DNA of 64,000 nt from an uncultured delta proteobacterium. GTDB taxonomy: Bacteria > Myxococcota_A > Polyangia > Polyangiales > Polyangiaceae. Position numbers and translations under genes: made by a program. Shown piece after piece: positions 52,879-62,976 of this stretch (position 1 is its first letter; each line of letters begins with the position of its first letter). Under the pieces are notes generated by a model that saw only the letters and a list, made by a program, of their open reading frames with translations, did no database searches and was not told where the DNA came from. The stretch lies in contig CAWKKR010000005.1 of NCBI GenBank assembly GCA_963850305.1, positions 1 to 64,000 on the forward strand, read 5' to 3'.

Positions 52879-53331
52879 TCATGGGCGCCCTTCGACATGA
52901 ACCACGACATCGATGCCGTGCCGCACACTCTGCGTGACCATGCAGAAGTCCTCGAACGTGCCGATGCAGGCTGCGAGCGCGGGATCGTCGGGGGCGACGT
53001 CCATGTGAAGCGTGACGTGCACCTCGCCGATACGAAGACGCCGGGCCTCGTTGCGGACGATCTCCATCGCGACGTCGGCGCTCACACCGCTTGCCGCTTG
53101 GTTCGCCTTCTTCACACAAAAGACAAGGCTCGCGGAGAGACGGTTCCCGATTGCCGCAGCAAGCAGACGCGCCGCGTTGGGAGCCGTGTCGCGACCGAGG
53201 GGTGGAGGCTCGTCCAGCAGGAGAGGAGCGAACTGCTCCTTGTCGAACTTCACTCGGAACTCGAACCCATCGACCTGTTCCAGGTGCACAGAGAACCGGC
53301 TCGCGAAGGTGTTCACGGATTGAACCGACAT
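52879..53331 (-). CDS. OsmC-family protein
   Basis: LLDEPPPLG..PNAARLLAAAIGN.LSASL, FEDFCMVTQSVR. Confidence 0.85.
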   Translation of the reverse strand: MSVQSVNTFASRFSVHLEQVDGFEFRVKFDKEQFAPLLLDEPPPLGRDTAPNAARLLAAAIGNRLSASLVFCVKKANQAASGVSADVAMEIVRNEARRLRIGEVHVTLHMDVAPDDPALAACIGTFEDFCMVTQSVRHGIDVVVHVEGRP

Positions 53332-53342
53332 GCGCGTATTCC

Positions 53343-53355
53343 TAGTCTAAGTCTA
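53343..53355. promoter_or_regulatory. Putative Fur-family (PerR/FurA-type) operator upstream of osmC-dps
   Basis: TAGTCTAAGTCTA, one mismatch from the palindrome TAGACT-N-AGTCTA, ~12 bp before the osmC ATG. Confidence 0.45.
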
Positions 53356-53356
53356 G

Positions 53357-54799
53357 CACTACTGCCACAAACTTTTCCATCGGCCCACATTCGTGAGATC
53401 CACGGGGCATGGCCCAAAAGACCTCGGAAATCGGGACGGCGTACCGCCTCGAGCAGTTCTTCGACGGCATCGGCAAGCACCTGAAGGATTGGCGCAAGAA
53501 GGAGTCGTTCGCGATGTACGCGCTCGGGATCCTCGGCGACGGTGAGCGCAAGAGCGCCGAGCCCATCGCCGCGCGCGCCTGCGGCGACGAGAGCCGCACG
53601 GCCGCCGTGCACCAGAAGCTCCTCTACTTCCTGGCGTGCAGCCGCTGGGACGATCGCGCGGTCCGAGTGGACGCCGCTCACTACGCGATCGACGCCGTGC
53701 AGGAGCGTGGGCCGATCACGACATGGATCATCGACGACACCGGATTTCTCAAGCAGGGCGAGCACTCCGTCGGCGTGCAGCGGCAATACACCGGTTCCGC
53801 AGGCAAGATCACCAACTGCCAGATTGGCGTGAGCCTCGCGGTGGCGAGCACACCGAGCAGATTGCCCGTCGACTTCGAGCTGTACCTTCCGGAGTCGTGG
53901 ACGGAGGACCATGCGCGACGACGCGAAGCTCGCATCCCCGATGACGTTCCGTTCAAGACCAAGATCGAGCTCGCGCTCGACATGATCCGGCGCGCGAAGG
54001 AGCAGGGCATCCCCGGCGACATCATGCTGGCCGACAGCGCGTACGGCGACAGCACTCACTTTCGGAACAGCGTTCGCGAGCTCGGCTTCGACTTCGCCGT
54101 GGGCGTGCACCACACGCTCGGCGTCCTCCGCCTCGATCGCAATGACCGCGTCAACACGCAAGCCGCAGTCGGTTGGCGAGGTCGTCGCGGCGCTGCCGAA
54201 AAAGGCCTTCCGCAAGGTCACGTGGCGCGACGGCACCAAAGGCAAGCTCAGTGGTCGATTCTGCTTCGTGCGCGTGCACACCACGCACGATGACGGCATC
54301 GCTCTCTCGCTGCGCGAGCCGCTCTGGCTCGTCGCCGAGTGGCCCGAAGGCGACGAGAAATCCAGCAAGCACGTGCTCACCACGCTCCCGCGACGCATGA
54401 GCAAGAAGGAGATCGTCCGGCTCCTCAAGGAACGCTGGCGCACCGAGAGGATGTACGAGGACCTCAAGGGCGAGCTCGGGCTCGACCACTTCGAGGGTCG
54501 CTCGTTCCCCGGCTGGCACCACCATGTCTCCGTCGTCCTCTGCCTGTTACGCCTTCGTGGTCGCTGAACGCGCCCGCGGCTTTCCCCCCTCGGCCTCCGG
54601 GGCGCGTCGCCACCGTGCGCTCTCGGTCGCGGCCTGAACGCCACTTCGCCGACTCGTTCATCACCGTCCGCCTCGCGATCGCCCTCTACCTCGCCCGCTG
54701 GCTCCCGCGCTGCCCGCTCTGCCATCACCCCCATGCACCGTCACGCTGCTCGATCGAACGCTTCACACGACTCTGCTGAAAGAGTCCGTGGCAGTAGTG
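53357..54799 (+). mobile_element. IS701-family insertion sequence, complete ends
   Basis: Terminal IRs CACTACTGCCAC (53357..53368) and GTGGCAGTAGTG (54788..54799), flanked by a CTAG target duplication (53353..53356 and 54800..54803). Confidence 0.92.
53409..54779 (+). CDS. IS701-family DDE transposase (two frameshifts)
   Basis: ERKSAEPIA, IIDDTGFLKQG.HSVGVQRQYTG.AGKITNCQ, LYLPESW, ADSAYG, RWRTERMYEDLKGELGLDHFEGRS..GWHHH. Confidence 0.93.
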
Positions 54800-55330
54800 C
54801 TAGTCTGAGGGGGCAAAGTTCGACGAATCCTGCCACGAGCCGAATCAGGCTGACGAGACCGAATCACGCGCGTACCGACGAAGATGATCGAGGATCCGGA
54901 CCCCGGCGCGCTTTGCACGCCGCGACCGACGGTTCCTTCACTACGACTCATGGCTGCTGCCTCAGCGCAGCCTCCAGGCAACGTCCGCGCCACGGCGGGC
55001 GCTCGTATCCTCGAGGCGAGGGTGGACCGTTTTCGGTCTCTCGCCGAAAGAGACGACGGCGCAATGCTTGCGCACCAGCGCGCGGATTGCGCCGTCCAAG
55101 GGCGAGAGCGATGGGGTGAGCTTCGAAATCGCTGGCTCTGCTCTCGACCCGGCTGCGGCCGACCGAAGGGAGCATCCGTCGCCACCCCGTCGCCGTCGGT
55201 CTCGCGCCATCGCCTTTTGGAGCACGTACAGAGCTTCTCTCCCTGTTCGGCTGAGAGGAGCACCCGCCGCAAGACCGGCCGCTCCGTCAAGAACCACTTC
55301 TTCACCGAGCGCGTGAACTGACCCGAAGTA

Positions 55331-55346
55331 CGGCACGCCAGATGCA
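55331..55346 (+). promoter_or_regulatory. Sigma54 -24/-12 promoter
   Basis: CGGCACGCCAGATGCA upstream of the SPFH gene. Confidence 0.65.
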
Positions 55347-55381
55347 CACATCGGAACCAAATTCCGGCAAGAGGTGCAGAG

Positions 55382-56302
55382 ATGTTGAGGACAAATTCAT
55401 TTGCGACAATGCTGTTCTTCCTAATCCTCGCGGCCGGAGCGGCGGTCGCGTACGCGCTCAACGGCCCGGAGCTTCTCGCGAACGCTGCGGTTCTCGCCGT
55501 GGCGTTGGCGTTGGCGCTGACCGTGTCGGTTTCGGTGAAGATTGCCGCGCCTTGGGATAAGGCCGTCGTGCTGCGCTTGGGGCAATTTCGGGCGCTCCGC
55601 GGACCCGGTCTGTTCTTCATCATCCCGGTGGTCGACACCATCCCATACTGGATCGACACTCGCGTGATCACGTCCTCATTCAAGGCGGAGAAGACCCTGA
55701 CGAAGGACACTGTTCCCGTCGATGTCGACGCCGTGCTCTTCTGGAAGGTCATCGATCCGGAGAAGGCGGCTCTCGCAGTGGCCGATTACACGACCGCGAT
55801 CAACTGGGCGTCGCAGACGGCGCTTCGCGACGTCATCGGCAAGACGGTTTTATCGGACATGCTCGAGGGCAGAGGCAAGATCAGCGGTGAATTGCAGCAA
55901 ATCATCGACCAGCGCACGGAGCCCTGGGGCGTCAACGTCATCAACGTGGAGGTCAGGGACGTATTGATCCCGCCGGCTCTCGAGGATGCGATGTCGATGC
56001 AGGCGCAGGCAGAGCGCGAGCGCCAGGCTCGGGTGATCCTCGGGGACTCGGAACGTCAGGTCGCCGAGAAGTTCGGCGAGGCGGCGAAGACCTACCACGA
56101 CGATCCGATCGCTCTGCACCTCCGCGCAATGAACATGCTCTACGAGGGACTCAAGCAGAACGCAACGATCGTCCTCGTGCCGAGCTCTGCCCTGGACACG
56201 ATGCAACTCGGCAATCTCGCTGGAATAACGGCACTATCGATGGGCTTGGGAAAGAACGGCGCGAGCAAGGAGCCCGAACCCGCGGTTCAGCATCACGCCT
56301 GA
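55382..56302 (+). CDS. SPFH/Band 7 (stomatin/slipin) family membrane protein
   Basis: AVVLRLG, GPGLFFIIP, LTKDTVPVDVDAVLFW, QTALRDVIG, AMSMQAQAERERQA. Confidence 0.93.
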   Translation: MLRTNSFATMLFFLILAAGAAVAYALNGPELLANAAVLAVALALALTVSVSVKIAAPWDKAVVLRLGQFRALRGPGLFFIIPVVDTIPYWIDTRVITSSFKAEKTLTKDTVPVDVDAVLFWKVIDPEKAALAVADYTTAINWASQTALRDVIGKTVLSDMLEGRGKISGELQQIIDQRTEPWGVNVINVEVRDVLIPPALEDAMSMQAQAERERQARVILGDSERQVAEKFGEAAKTYHDDPIALHLRAMNMLYEGLKQNATIVLVPSSALDTMQLGNLAGITALSMGLGKNGASKEPEPAVQHHA

Positions 56303-56429
56303 CCTGTTGTATTCCGCGAAACTGACCGACGGTCGGGGTGAACGTCCTGCCGCGGGCGCTCGCTCGATGCTGGCGACACGGACGTATTCTGCTTGCCATT
56401 GTGTGTTTGAACAGAAATGGAGCGAGGCG

Positions 56430-56692
56430 ATGATGAACGGCTACTGAGAACATTGGTATTCTGGAAGGGGTTGGTTCTTGATGGTTCGGGATCTGCTGCT
56501 GCTTCTCTCGAAGACATGGGGAATTGGCGCGATTCACGAGCGAGTTCATCGAAAATTTGGCGATGGGTCGCCCGGGGAAGGGCGTGGTGCGGCATTCGCA
56601 ACGAGAGATATGCGAATGGCGAAGTGAGTAGCGACGAGTTTCTTCGATGCGAAGTGGTAATTCAGCCCGCCAAGAACCGAGGCACCACCTGA
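56430..56692 (+). pseudogene. Degenerate small membrane protein with SHOCT domain
   Basis: MMNGY..GWFL.. start and IRNERYANGEVSSDEF (SHOCT-like L.ERYA.GEI..EEF); stops and frameshifts. Confidence 0.5.
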
Positions 56693-56726
56693 TACGAAGC
56701 AAATGTTGTATATACGGAGGTTCCCG

Positions 56727-59178
56727 ATGGCTTGGACGCGACCGCTCAAGAACGTGACGCTCGACGACGTGCCGATCGTCGGCGGCAAGAATGCATCGCT
56801 CGGCGAGATGCTTCGCGAGCTCACGCCGCTCGGTGTGAAGGTGCCCGACGGGTTCGCCGTCACCGCAGATGCCTACCGGCACTTCTTGCGCGGCGCCGGT
56901 CTCGAGGCTGCGATCGACGAAGAGCTGCGCGGTCTCGACAAGCGCAACGTCGACGATCTCGTCCGCCGCGCCGAACGCCTCCGCGATCGGATCGCGCACG
57001 CGCCGATGCCGGGCGATCTCGTCAACGGAGATCGAGGCGAGCTATCGCGCGACTCTCCCGCGCCTACGGCGAAGACGCGACCGACGTCGCCGTGCGCTCG
57101 TCCGCCACCGCCGAAGATCTTCCCGGGCGCGAGCTTCGCCGGGCAGCAAGAGACCTTCCTCAACGTGCGCGGCGCCGCGTCGGTCATCGACGCCGTTCGA
57201 AAGGCGTTCGCGAGCCTCTTCACGGCGCGCGCGATCAGCTATCGCGAGGACATGGGCTTCGCGCACACCAAGGTCGCGCTCTCCGTCGGAGTGCAGAAGA
57301 TGGTGCGTTCCGATCGCGCCAGCGCCGGCGTGATCTTCACGCTCGATCCCGAGACCGGCCATCGCGGCATCGTGCTCGTGACGTCGAGCTTCGGGCTCGG
57401 CGAGAGCGTCGTCCAGGGGCGCGTCGCGCCCGATCAGTTCGTGGTTCACAAGGCGACGCTTGCGCGAAGGGTTCGCGCCCGCTCGTGTGGAAGAAGCTCG
57501 GCACGAAGGAGGTGCCGCATCGTCTACGACCCGGACGGCCACAAGCAGGTGCGGAACGAGCCCGTTCCCGTCGAGGAGCGCGCGCGGTGGTCGCTCTCCG
57601 GACAGCGATGTGCTCGCGCTCGCCGCGTGGGCGCTCCAGATCGAGGACCACTACACGAAGAAGCATGGCGCCGACACGCCGATGGACATCGAGTGGGCGA
57701 AGGACGGCGTGAGCGGCGAGCTCTTCATCGTCCAGGCACGACCCGAGACGGTGCACAGCCGGCGTGCGCATCCGACGGTCCGACTCTACGCGATGAAGGG
57801 GCGCGCCACGCCGATCCTCGAAGGGCTCGCGATCGGCGACGGAGTCGCGTCGGGCAAGGCGCGCGTCCTTCACGATCCCCGAGCGATCGGCGCAATGAAG
57901 CCCGGCGAGATCCTCGTCACCGAGATGACCGATCCCGACTGGGAGCCGATCATGAAGACGGCCGCCGGCATCATCACCGACCGCGGCGGTCGGACCTCGC
58001 ACGCGGCGATCGTCGCCCGCGAGCTCGGCATTCCGGCATTCGTCGGAACGAAGCGACGCGACGAAGCGCCTCGGCGACGGCACGGCGATCACGCTCTCGT
58101 GCGCAGAGGGCGAGACCGGGCGCGTGTACGAAGGGACGATCCCTTTCGACGTCCAGGAGATCGATCCGCGCACGCTCGGGCGACCCCGCACGCAGATCAT
58201 GCTCAATGCGGGGAATCCCGAGCACGCGCTCCACGTATCGCTTCTACCGAGCGACGGCGTCGGGCTCGCGCGGATGGAGTTCGTGTTCGCGAGCTGGGTC
58301 GGCGTGCACCCGCTCGCGCTCACGCGCTACCGACGCTGCCGCGAGCGTGCAGAGGCAGATCGATACGCTGACCGCCGGATACGCGGACAAGACGCGCTAC
58401 TTCGTCGAGCGCCTCTCACAGGGCATCGGGACGATCGCCGCCGCGTTCCACCCGCGCCCCGTCATTCTCCGCTTCAGCGACTTCAAGACGAACGAGTACG
58501 CGAAGCTCACGGGCGGCGCGTCGTTCGAGCCGAGCGAGGAGAACCCGATGCTCGGCTGGCGTGGCGCGAGCCGCTACTACCACCCGAGCTACAAGGAGGG
58601 CTTTCTCCTCGAGTGCGCGGCGGTGAAGCGCGTGCGCGAGGAGTTCGGGCTCACGAACCTGAAGCTGATGATCCCGTTCTGCCGCACGCCCGAGGAAGGC
58701 AAGAAGGTGCTCGAGACGATGCGCGAAGCGGGGCTCGTTCGCGGCGAGACGCGGGCTCGAGGTGTACGTGATGGCCGAGATCCCCTCGAACATCATCCTT
58801 GCCGAGCGCTTCGCCGAGATCTTCGACGGCTTCTCGATTGGATCGAACGATCTGACGCAGCTCACGCTCGGCGTCGATCGTGACTCGACGACGGTGGCGC
58901 CGCTCTTCGACGAACGGAACGAAGCCGTGAAGTGGTCCTGCGCGCGGCTCATCGAAGCCGCGCACCAAGCGCATCGGAAGGTCGGCATCTGCGGCCAGGC
59001 GCCGAGCGACTACCCCGATTTCGCGGCGTTTCTCGTCGCGCGCGGGATCGACTCGATCAGCCTGAACGCCGACGCGCTCGTGCGCACCACGCTACGGGTG
59101 CTGGCGATGGAGAAGGAGCTCGCACAAACGCAGGCCGCGCTCGAAGCTCTCCCGACCGTCGCGCACGGCGCACAGTGA
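56727..59178 (+). CDS. ppsA: Phosphoenolpyruvate synthase (frameshifted)
   Basis: VGGKNASLGEM, AVRSSATAED, SFAGQQET, MDIEWAKDG, QARPET, GGRTSHAAI, SDFKTNEY, EENPMLGWRG, FSIGSNDL, GICGQAPSD. Confidence 0.95.
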
Positions 59179-59254
59179 GTGCCGACGACGACGAACGAGC
59201 TGCACGCAAAATCTTCTCGGCACCGAGTGTAACGCTCGATGTCTGGAGAACACG

Positions 59255-60307
59255 ATGGAACGAGAGAAATTGTATAAGCTGCTCCGCGACATGCTGCTGG
59301 CTCGGACCTTCGAGGAGCATGCCGCGGAAGAATACACGAAGGGCAATATCGCCGGCTTCCTACATCTCTATCCGGGAGAGGAAGCGGTCGCCGCGGGTGT
59401 CATCAATGCCGTCGGCCCATCCGACTACGTCGTCACCACGTATCGCGAGCACGCCCACGCTCTGATACGCGGCGTGCCGCCCGGAAAGGTGATGGCCGAA
59501 CTGTTCGGGCGCGTCGACGGCATGAGCGGTGGCATGGGTGGCTCGATGCATTTGTTCGATCGAGACCGGCGTTTCATGGGCGGCTACGCAATCGTCGGGG
59601 AAACTTGTCCGATCGCAATCGGCATCGCTTACGCGATCGCCATGCGCAATCTGCCCGAGGTCGTGGTCTGCTTCCTGGGTGACGGCGCGGTGAACCAGGG
59701 CACGTTCCACGAGTCGCTCAACATGGCTGGGCTGTGGCGGCTGCCGGTGCTCTTCGTGTGCGAGAACAACCACTACGCCATCGGCACGGAGATTCATCGT
59801 CACTCGGCCGTACCCGAGGTGCACAAGCGCGTCGCCGCCTACAACATCGGCGCAGAGAAGGTCGACGGCATGGACGTGCTCAATGTATTCGACACGACGG
59901 TTCACGCGTTGGCGCGCATCCGGCAAGGTGGCGGGCCGCAATTTCTCGAGTGCGAAACGTATCGATATCGCGGGCATTCGATGGCCGATCCCGGAACATA
60001 TCGGCCGGCCGTCGAGCTCAAGGCGTTTCAAGCTCATGATCCCTTGTCCGCGGCCATCAGGGAGCTCGAGTACGGCTACCCGCGCTCCGAGGAGCTTGCG
60101 GCAGCTGGGCTCGACAACATTTCACGACTGATGGAGCACGTGGTCAATACCGGACACGCGAAAGACGGAGAGGTGGAGCGCATCAGGGAGGAAGTCGAGA
60201 AGACGGTACAAGATGCCGTCCAGTTCGCGCTCAATAGTGCCCAACCAAGCATGGACGATGCGTGGCGGGCTTTTCGAAACAACCGGCGGAATGAAACCCT
60301 CGTCTAG
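59255..60307 (+). CDS. pdhA: Pyruvate dehydrogenase E1 alpha
   Basis: GFLHLYPGEEA, TYREH, GGSMH, GDGAVNQG.FHE..N, ENNHY, TYRYRGHSMADP. Confidence 0.95.
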   Translation: MEREKLYKLLRDMLLARTFEEHAAEEYTKGNIAGFLHLYPGEEAVAAGVINAVGPSDYVVTTYREHAHALIRGVPPGKVMAELFGRVDGMSGGMGGSMHLFDRDRRFMGGYAIVGETCPIAIGIAYAIAMRNLPEVVVCFLGDGAVNQGTFHESLNMAGLWRLPVLFVCENNHYAIGTEIHRHSAVPEVHKRVAAYNIGAEKVDGMDVLNVFDTTVHALARIRQGGGPQFLECETYRYRGHSMADPGTYRPAVELKAFQAHDPLSAAIRELEYGYPRSEELAAAGLDNISRLMEHVVNTGHAKDGEVERIREEVEKTVQDAVQFALNSAQPSMDDAWRAFRNNRRNETLV

Positions 60308-60322
60308 CAGGAGAGCCTCACG

Positions 60323-61342
60323 GTGCAGGAAATGCTCTATTGGCAGGCTCTGAACCGGGCCTTGGATCTCGAGATGGCGGAAGACGAGGCGGTCTTCACC
60401 CTCGGCGAAGACGTCGGTCTCTATGGTGGCAGCTACCGAGTCACGGAGGGCCTATACGCGAAATACGGCGAGTGGCGCGTGCGCGACACGCCGATCTCCG
60501 AGGGTAGCTTCACTGGCCTCGGAGTGGGGGCCGCCATGGTCGGGGCACGGCCCGTCGTCGAGATCATGACGGTGAATTTCGTTCTCCTCGCGCTTGACTC
60601 GATCATCAATGCGGCTGCGAAGATTCCGTTCATGTCTGGCGGTCAGTTTTCCATGCCGCTCGTCATCCGGATGCCCGGCGGGGTGGCCCGACAGCTGGGA
60701 GCGCAGCACTCGCAGCGTCTCGAGCACACGGTGATGAACGTCCCTGGTCTGCGCATCGCCGTTCCGTCCACGCCGCAGGATGCCTACTGGCAGCTGCGCC
60801 AGGCCATAGCCAGCGATGAGGCGGTCATCGTCCTTGAACATGAGCTCCTCTATTTTACAAGAGGGCCGGTCGACCTCGCCGGGGAGGCGCCGCCGATGCA
60901 TCGCGCTGCGGTGCGCGTTGAAGGCCGCGATCTCACGATAGTAGGTTACTCCCGCTCGGCGCTGCTTGCTCAAGAGGCCGCCGCGACGCTTGCCAAGGAG
61001 GGTATTCTCGCGGAGGTGATCGATCTGCGGAGCTTGAGTCCGATCGATTGGGATACGTGCGTTGCCTCGGTCGACAAGACGCACCGGTTGCTCGTGGTCG
61101 AAGAAGATTGCCGTTTCGCGGGCGCCGGCGCCGAGATCGTGGCAACGCTGGCCGAGCGTTGCTTTTTCTTGCTCGACGCACCGGCGCAACGTGTCGCCGC
61201 TCTCGATATGCCAACGCCCTTCAACGGAGCGCTCGAGGCCGCGAGCATTCCACGCGTGCCGGACATCGTCACAGCTGCTCGAGACCTATGCCGGCCGCCG
61301 TCACCGAACGCCACGCCGCAACGGGTAGTGCCGAAGAAGTAG
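60323..61342 (+). CDS. pdhB: Pyruvate dehydrogenase E1 beta
   Basis: GEDVG.YGG, DTPISE, RPVVEIM, GAQHSQ, EVIDLRSL. Confidence 0.95.
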   Translation: MQEMLYWQALNRALDLEMAEDEAVFTLGEDVGLYGGSYRVTEGLYAKYGEWRVRDTPISEGSFTGLGVGAAMVGARPVVEIMTVNFVLLALDSIINAAAKIPFMSGGQFSMPLVIRMPGGVARQLGAQHSQRLEHTVMNVPGLRIAVPSTPQDAYWQLRQAIASDEAVIVLEHELLYFTRGPVDLAGEAPPMHRAAVRVEGRDLTIVGYSRSALLAQEAAATLAKEGILAEVIDLRSLSPIDWDTCVASVDKTHRLLVVEEDCRFAGAGAEIVATLAERCFFLLDAPAQRVAALDMPTPFNGALEAASIPRVPDIVTAARDLCRPPSPNATPQRVVPKK

Positions 61343-61351
61343 GAGGCCGGG

Positions 61352-62905
61352 ATGAAGCAGACCGTCACCATGCCTGCGCTCTCCGACACCATGGAGGTCG
61401 GTCGCCTGTCGAAATGGCTCAAGCGACCCGGCGATCGCGTGAACCGAGGCGAGGCGATCGCCGAAGTCGAGACCGATAAAGCGGTCATGGACGTCGAGGC
61501 GTTTCATGACGGGTATTTGGCCGGGCCTCTGGCAGAGCTCGATAGCGATCTCCGGGTCGGCGCGCCCATCGCCAACATCGTCGATACTGTGGAGGAGGTT
61601 CGGGACGGAGCCGAGCAGAGCGAATCGGCGGCGCTTCAGCCCGCTCCTCCCAAGCCGCCGACGGTTCCGACCGCCGCTCCTCCGTCTTCCGAGACAATCG
61701 CACCGTTCTTGTCCTCCGCCGCGGGGGCTTCACCTTACGCCCGTGCCCTCGCGCGGGACCTCGGCGTCGATCTGACGAAGGTTCCGCGAGGTTCGAGCGG
61801 CCCACTGCGCGCGGCGGACGTGCTGCGAATGGCACGCCTGACACCGGAGCCGCACCTCGAGGAAGGACCGCCTCATCGCATCGAGCGGATCTCTAGCCTT
61901 CGCGAAGCCGTCGCGCGGAACATGGTCGCCAGCGCCGGCACGCCAACCTTCCGCGTGACCGCGCTTTTGCCTCTCGGGCCTTTGCAATCCGCGGCCAGGA
62001 GCGAGAATATGTCGCTCACGCTCCTGCTCGCCCGGGCGTGTGCGCTCACCATCAATCGCTTTCCGGCTTTCAATGCGGCCTACACCGAGGACGGCCTTGC
62101 ACGACGAGAACAGGTCGACATCGGCATCGCGGTGGAGATTCCGGATGGCCTGATTACGCCCGTACTCCGTGACGTGGGACGGAGACCGCTCGGCGACCTC
62201 GTCGAAGATTGGAAGTCGCTGCGCGAGAAGCTGAAGACGCGGCGACTCGACGCACGGGACTACAGGGGGGCGACGTTCTACCTCTCGGATCTCGGCGTCT
62301 TTCCCGTCGTGGAGAGCTTCGACTCGATCGTCCCTCTGGGCGCGTCCGCGATTTTGTCCGTGGCCGCGGCCGGAGCAGAAGGGGCAAGGTTCACGTTGAG
62401 CTGCGACCACCGCGTCGTCTACGGCGCCGATGGCGCTCGCTTTCTGACGGCGCTCGGTGAGTGGCTGTCCGACCCGAAGAAACTCATGACCGATGGCGCG
62501 AGCGGAAACGGCCGGTCGCTGCCGCTTGTCCAGAAGAAGGAGGAACGAATGAGCGCGAACTATCCGGAACGGCATGCGCAATTGGAGGCTCTCTTGGCGC
62601 AGATGGCCAAGACATTGCCCGGACCGACGGGCGCGTTCGCGCGCCTGCATCGAGAGTCCGTCGCCGAAGGGGCCCTGAGTACGAAGATCAAAGAGCTCAT
62701 GGCGCTGGCCATTGGCGTCGCCACGCGGTGTGAGGGATGCATCGCGTTTCATGTCCATGACGCGCTCAAGGCCGGAGCAACGCGCGCCGAGATCTTGGAA
62801 GCCCTGGGCGTCGCCATCATGATGGGCGGCGGCGCTGCCGAGATGTACGCCTGCGACGCTTTCGAAGCGTTGAGCCAGTTCGAGAGCAGGAGCGGCCAGA
62901 AATAG
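61352..62905 (+). CDS. pdhC: Dihydrolipoamide acyltransferase (E2) read in-frame into a CMD/AhpD-like domain
   Basis: Lipoyl domain (VETDKA), PSBD (ASPYARALARDLGVDL), catalytic DHRVVYGADGARFL; no stop before the CMD domain. Confidence 0.88.
   Translation: MKQTVTMPALSDTMEVGRLSKWLKRPGDRVNRGEAIAEVETDKAVMDVEAFHDGYLAGPLAELDSDLRVGAPIANIVDTVEEVRDGAEQSESAALQPAPPKPPTVPTAAPPSSETIAPFLSSAAGASPYARALARDLGVDLTKVPRGSSGPLRAADVLRMARLTPEPHLEEGPPHRIERISSLREAVARNMVASAGTPTFRVTALLPLGPLQSAARSENMSLTLLLARACALTINRFPAFNAAYTEDGLARREQVDIGIAVEIPDGLITPVLRDVGRRPLGDLVEDWKSLREKLKTRRLDARDYRGATFYLSDLGVFPVVESFDSIVPLGASAILSVAAAGAEGARFTLSCDHRVVYGADGARFLTALGEWLSDPKKLMTDGASGNGRSLPLVQKKEERMSANYPERHAQLEALLAQMAKTLPGPTGAFARLHRESVAEGALSTKIKELMALAIGVATRCEGCIAFHVHDALKAGATRAEILEALGVAIMMGGGAAEMYACDAFEALSQFESRSGQK
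62549..62905 (+). CDS. Carboxymuconolactone decarboxylase/AhpD-like protein (own RBS and ATG, in frame with E2)
   Basis: AAGGAGG-5nt-ATG; GALSTKIKELMALAIGVATRCEGCIAFH..GAT..EILE..AIMMGGG. Confidence 0.85.
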   Translation: MSANYPERHAQLEALLAQMAKTLPGPTGAFARLHRESVAEGALSTKIKELMALAIGVATRCEGCIAFHVHDALKAGATRAEILEALGVAIMMGGGAAEMYACDAFEALSQFESRSGQK

Positions 62906-62976
62906 CCGCCGGTGACGCGCCGGGGGAGAATTAGCAAAGAACCACGAGCAGGAGCCCGGTACAGTAGGCGCTCGGA

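Noticed and set aside
54850..55321. Coding sequence between IS701 and the SPFH gene
   Set aside because: Several overlapping ORFs, none with recognisable motifs.
56360..56720. Sigma54 promoter for the SHOCT remnant or ppsA
   Set aside because: No GG-N10-GC site with correct spacing and consensus context was found by eye.
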